A DNA stretch of 64,000 nt from Chloroflexota bacterium (lineage in GTDB: Bacteria; Chloroflexota; Dehalococcoidia; Lucifugimonadales; UBA3495). The position numbers and the translations under genes were made by a program. Location of the stretch: positions 51,032 to 115,031 of the forward strand of contig JAPPGG010000072.1 of assembly GCA_028875055.1 (NCBI GenBank), written 5' to 3'. The notes under the pieces were generated by a model, which did no database searches, was not told where the DNA came from, and worked only from the letters and a program-made list of their open reading frames with translations. How positions within the stretch are numbered: the stretch's first letter is position 1; the number at the start of each line of letters is the position of its first letter. Shown here in pieces: positions 62,960 to 64,000 of this stretch.

Positions 62960-63034
62960 CTCATTTGACCTCATTCTGGTCTCCTCAACCCAGATCGCCC
63001 CCATTGGAAATGAGTGAAAATGAGGTCAAATGAG
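62960..63034. promoter_or_regulatory. Perfect 16-bp inverted repeat in an AT-rich intergenic region
   Basis: CTCATTTGACCTCATT (62960-62975) and AATGAGGTCAAATGAG (63019-63034), separated by 43 nt. AATGAG is reiterated three times on the right side. Confidence 0.4.
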
Positions 63035-63259
63035 ATCTAATTTGGAAGAGAGCTCCTTTTGCCGGCTGCACTTACCGAATACGTACAAACCCTTGCAAAC
63101 TCCGCCCCGCCGCCATCCCCGCTTCTGCAGCATCCGCTATTCGGATGTTATACTCGGGGACACAGGCGCTCCAGGCAGCGACCCGGCGCTGGTCCCCGCC
63201 ACCGCTTGGCCTTGCTCCTGGTACGGGCAACATAAACAGGACCTGTCGGAGGGCGAAGA

Positions 63260-64000
63260 ATGGCAAGCAAGGAACTGGCTCTAATGGCCCACCTGCTTCG
63301 CAGGGCTGGATTCGGCGCTACCCGCGATGAGTTGGACAGTTTCGTCGCCCAGGGCTATGAGGCCACCGTCGAGCAGCTCCTGCACCCCGAAGCTGCCCCG
63401 GTGATGGAGGAGGACCTGCTCCGCCGCTACCATATTGACCAGAACAGCTTGATGCTCATCGAGAGCTCCCAGGCCTACTGGCTTTACCGCATCATCAACA
63501 CCCGCCGCCCCCTCGAAGAGAAGATGGCCCTGTTCTGGCACGGTCTCTTTGCCACCGCCTATGGCAAGCTGAATCATGCCAAGGCCGTCGTAAATCAGAC
63601 CAACACCTTCCGCCGTTGTGGCCTCGGCGACTTCCGCACCCTCCTGCTCGAGTTGTCCAGGGACCCGGCCATGATCTTCTGGCTGGACAACAAGGACAAC
63701 CACAAAGACGCCCCCAACGAGAACTATGGGCGGGAACTCCTTGAACTGTTCTCCATGGGCATCGGCAATTACACCGAGGACGACGTCAAGGCCTGCGCCA
63801 GGGCCTTCACCGGATGGACCATTGCCAACGCCGACTATATGAGCGTCCGCGCCTCCCGGGACTCCATCTGGCCCCACGGGCGCCTGGACTGGCAGTTCGA
63901 GTACCTCCCCGAGGACCACGACGACAGCGAGAAGACCTTTCTCGGCCACACCGGCCCCTTCAATGGCGAGGACGTCATAGACATCATTTGCCGGCAGCCG
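63260..64000 (+). CDS. DUF1800 family protein, 3'-truncated by the window edge
   Basis: ATG at 63260 with GGAGGG 6 nt upstream. HLLRRAGFGAT...FWHGLFAT...NENYGRELLELFSMG is the DUF1800 pattern. It has no stop in the window, so it is absent from the track. Confidence 0.8.
   Translation, partial: MASKELALMAHLLRRAGFGATRDELDSFVAQGYEATVEQLLHPEAAPVMEEDLLRRYHIDQNSLMLIESSQAYWLYRIINTRRPLEEKMALFWHGLFATAYGKLNHAKAVVNQTNTFRRCGLGDFRTLLLELSRDPAMIFWLDNKDNHKDAPNENYGRELLELFSMGIGNYTEDDVKACARAFTGWTIANADYMSVRASRDSIWPHGRLDWQFEYLPEDHDDSEKTFLGHTGPFNGEDVIDIICRQP

Overview
GC-rich bacterial chromosomal segment with about 50 credible genes. Most long antisense ORFs in the track look like GC-induced shadow ORFs. All family assignments are by eye and from memory of motifs, since no searches were run. 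The left third (1-25.6 kb) is housekeeping and DNA repair: thiD 3' end, ileS, mutM, an unusual DapA-like/MfnB-like/TusA-like fusion, DUF1326, DUF2277, a PPOX-family protein, sbcC without sbcD, ffh, a mug-thpR-alkA operon, split transketolase, proBA, mfd, a TlpA-like thioredoxin and tRNA-Pro(CGG). The most unusual block follows the tRNA (25.8-38.6 kb). It starts with a four-gene operon built around a divergent but full-length SecA paralogue, with an uncharacterised protein showing a possible Cys-His-Asp triad, a lipoprotein with an R/S/G/Q-rich tail, and an acidic protein. Next comes a PspA/IM30 envelope-stress module: DUF4178 + DUF350, divergent from small TM protein-pspA-PspAA-like. Last is carboxynorspermidine decarboxylase, which overlaps a DUF3326 gene by 20 nt. 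The right part (38.7-64 kb) is a catabolic mosaic: NIPSNAP, MBL hydrolase, HpaB-like monooxygenase, family-5-like UDG, LLM oxidoreductase, two TPP enzymes, GMC oxidoreductase plus a GMC remnant, a PAC2-like protein and an M24 peptidase. It continues with RidA, amidohydrolases, gentisate-type and LigB-type ring-cleavage dioxygenases, a hotdog hydratase, two family-III CoA-transferases and DUF1800. Intergenic DNA carries at least three families of structured repeats. One 196-bp pair in inverted orientation brackets a two-gene segment whose first gene has a single in-frame TGA. Gene content is reminiscent of marine Chloroflexota (SAR202-like), which is inference only. I saw no CRISPR array, transposase, integrase or rRNA.
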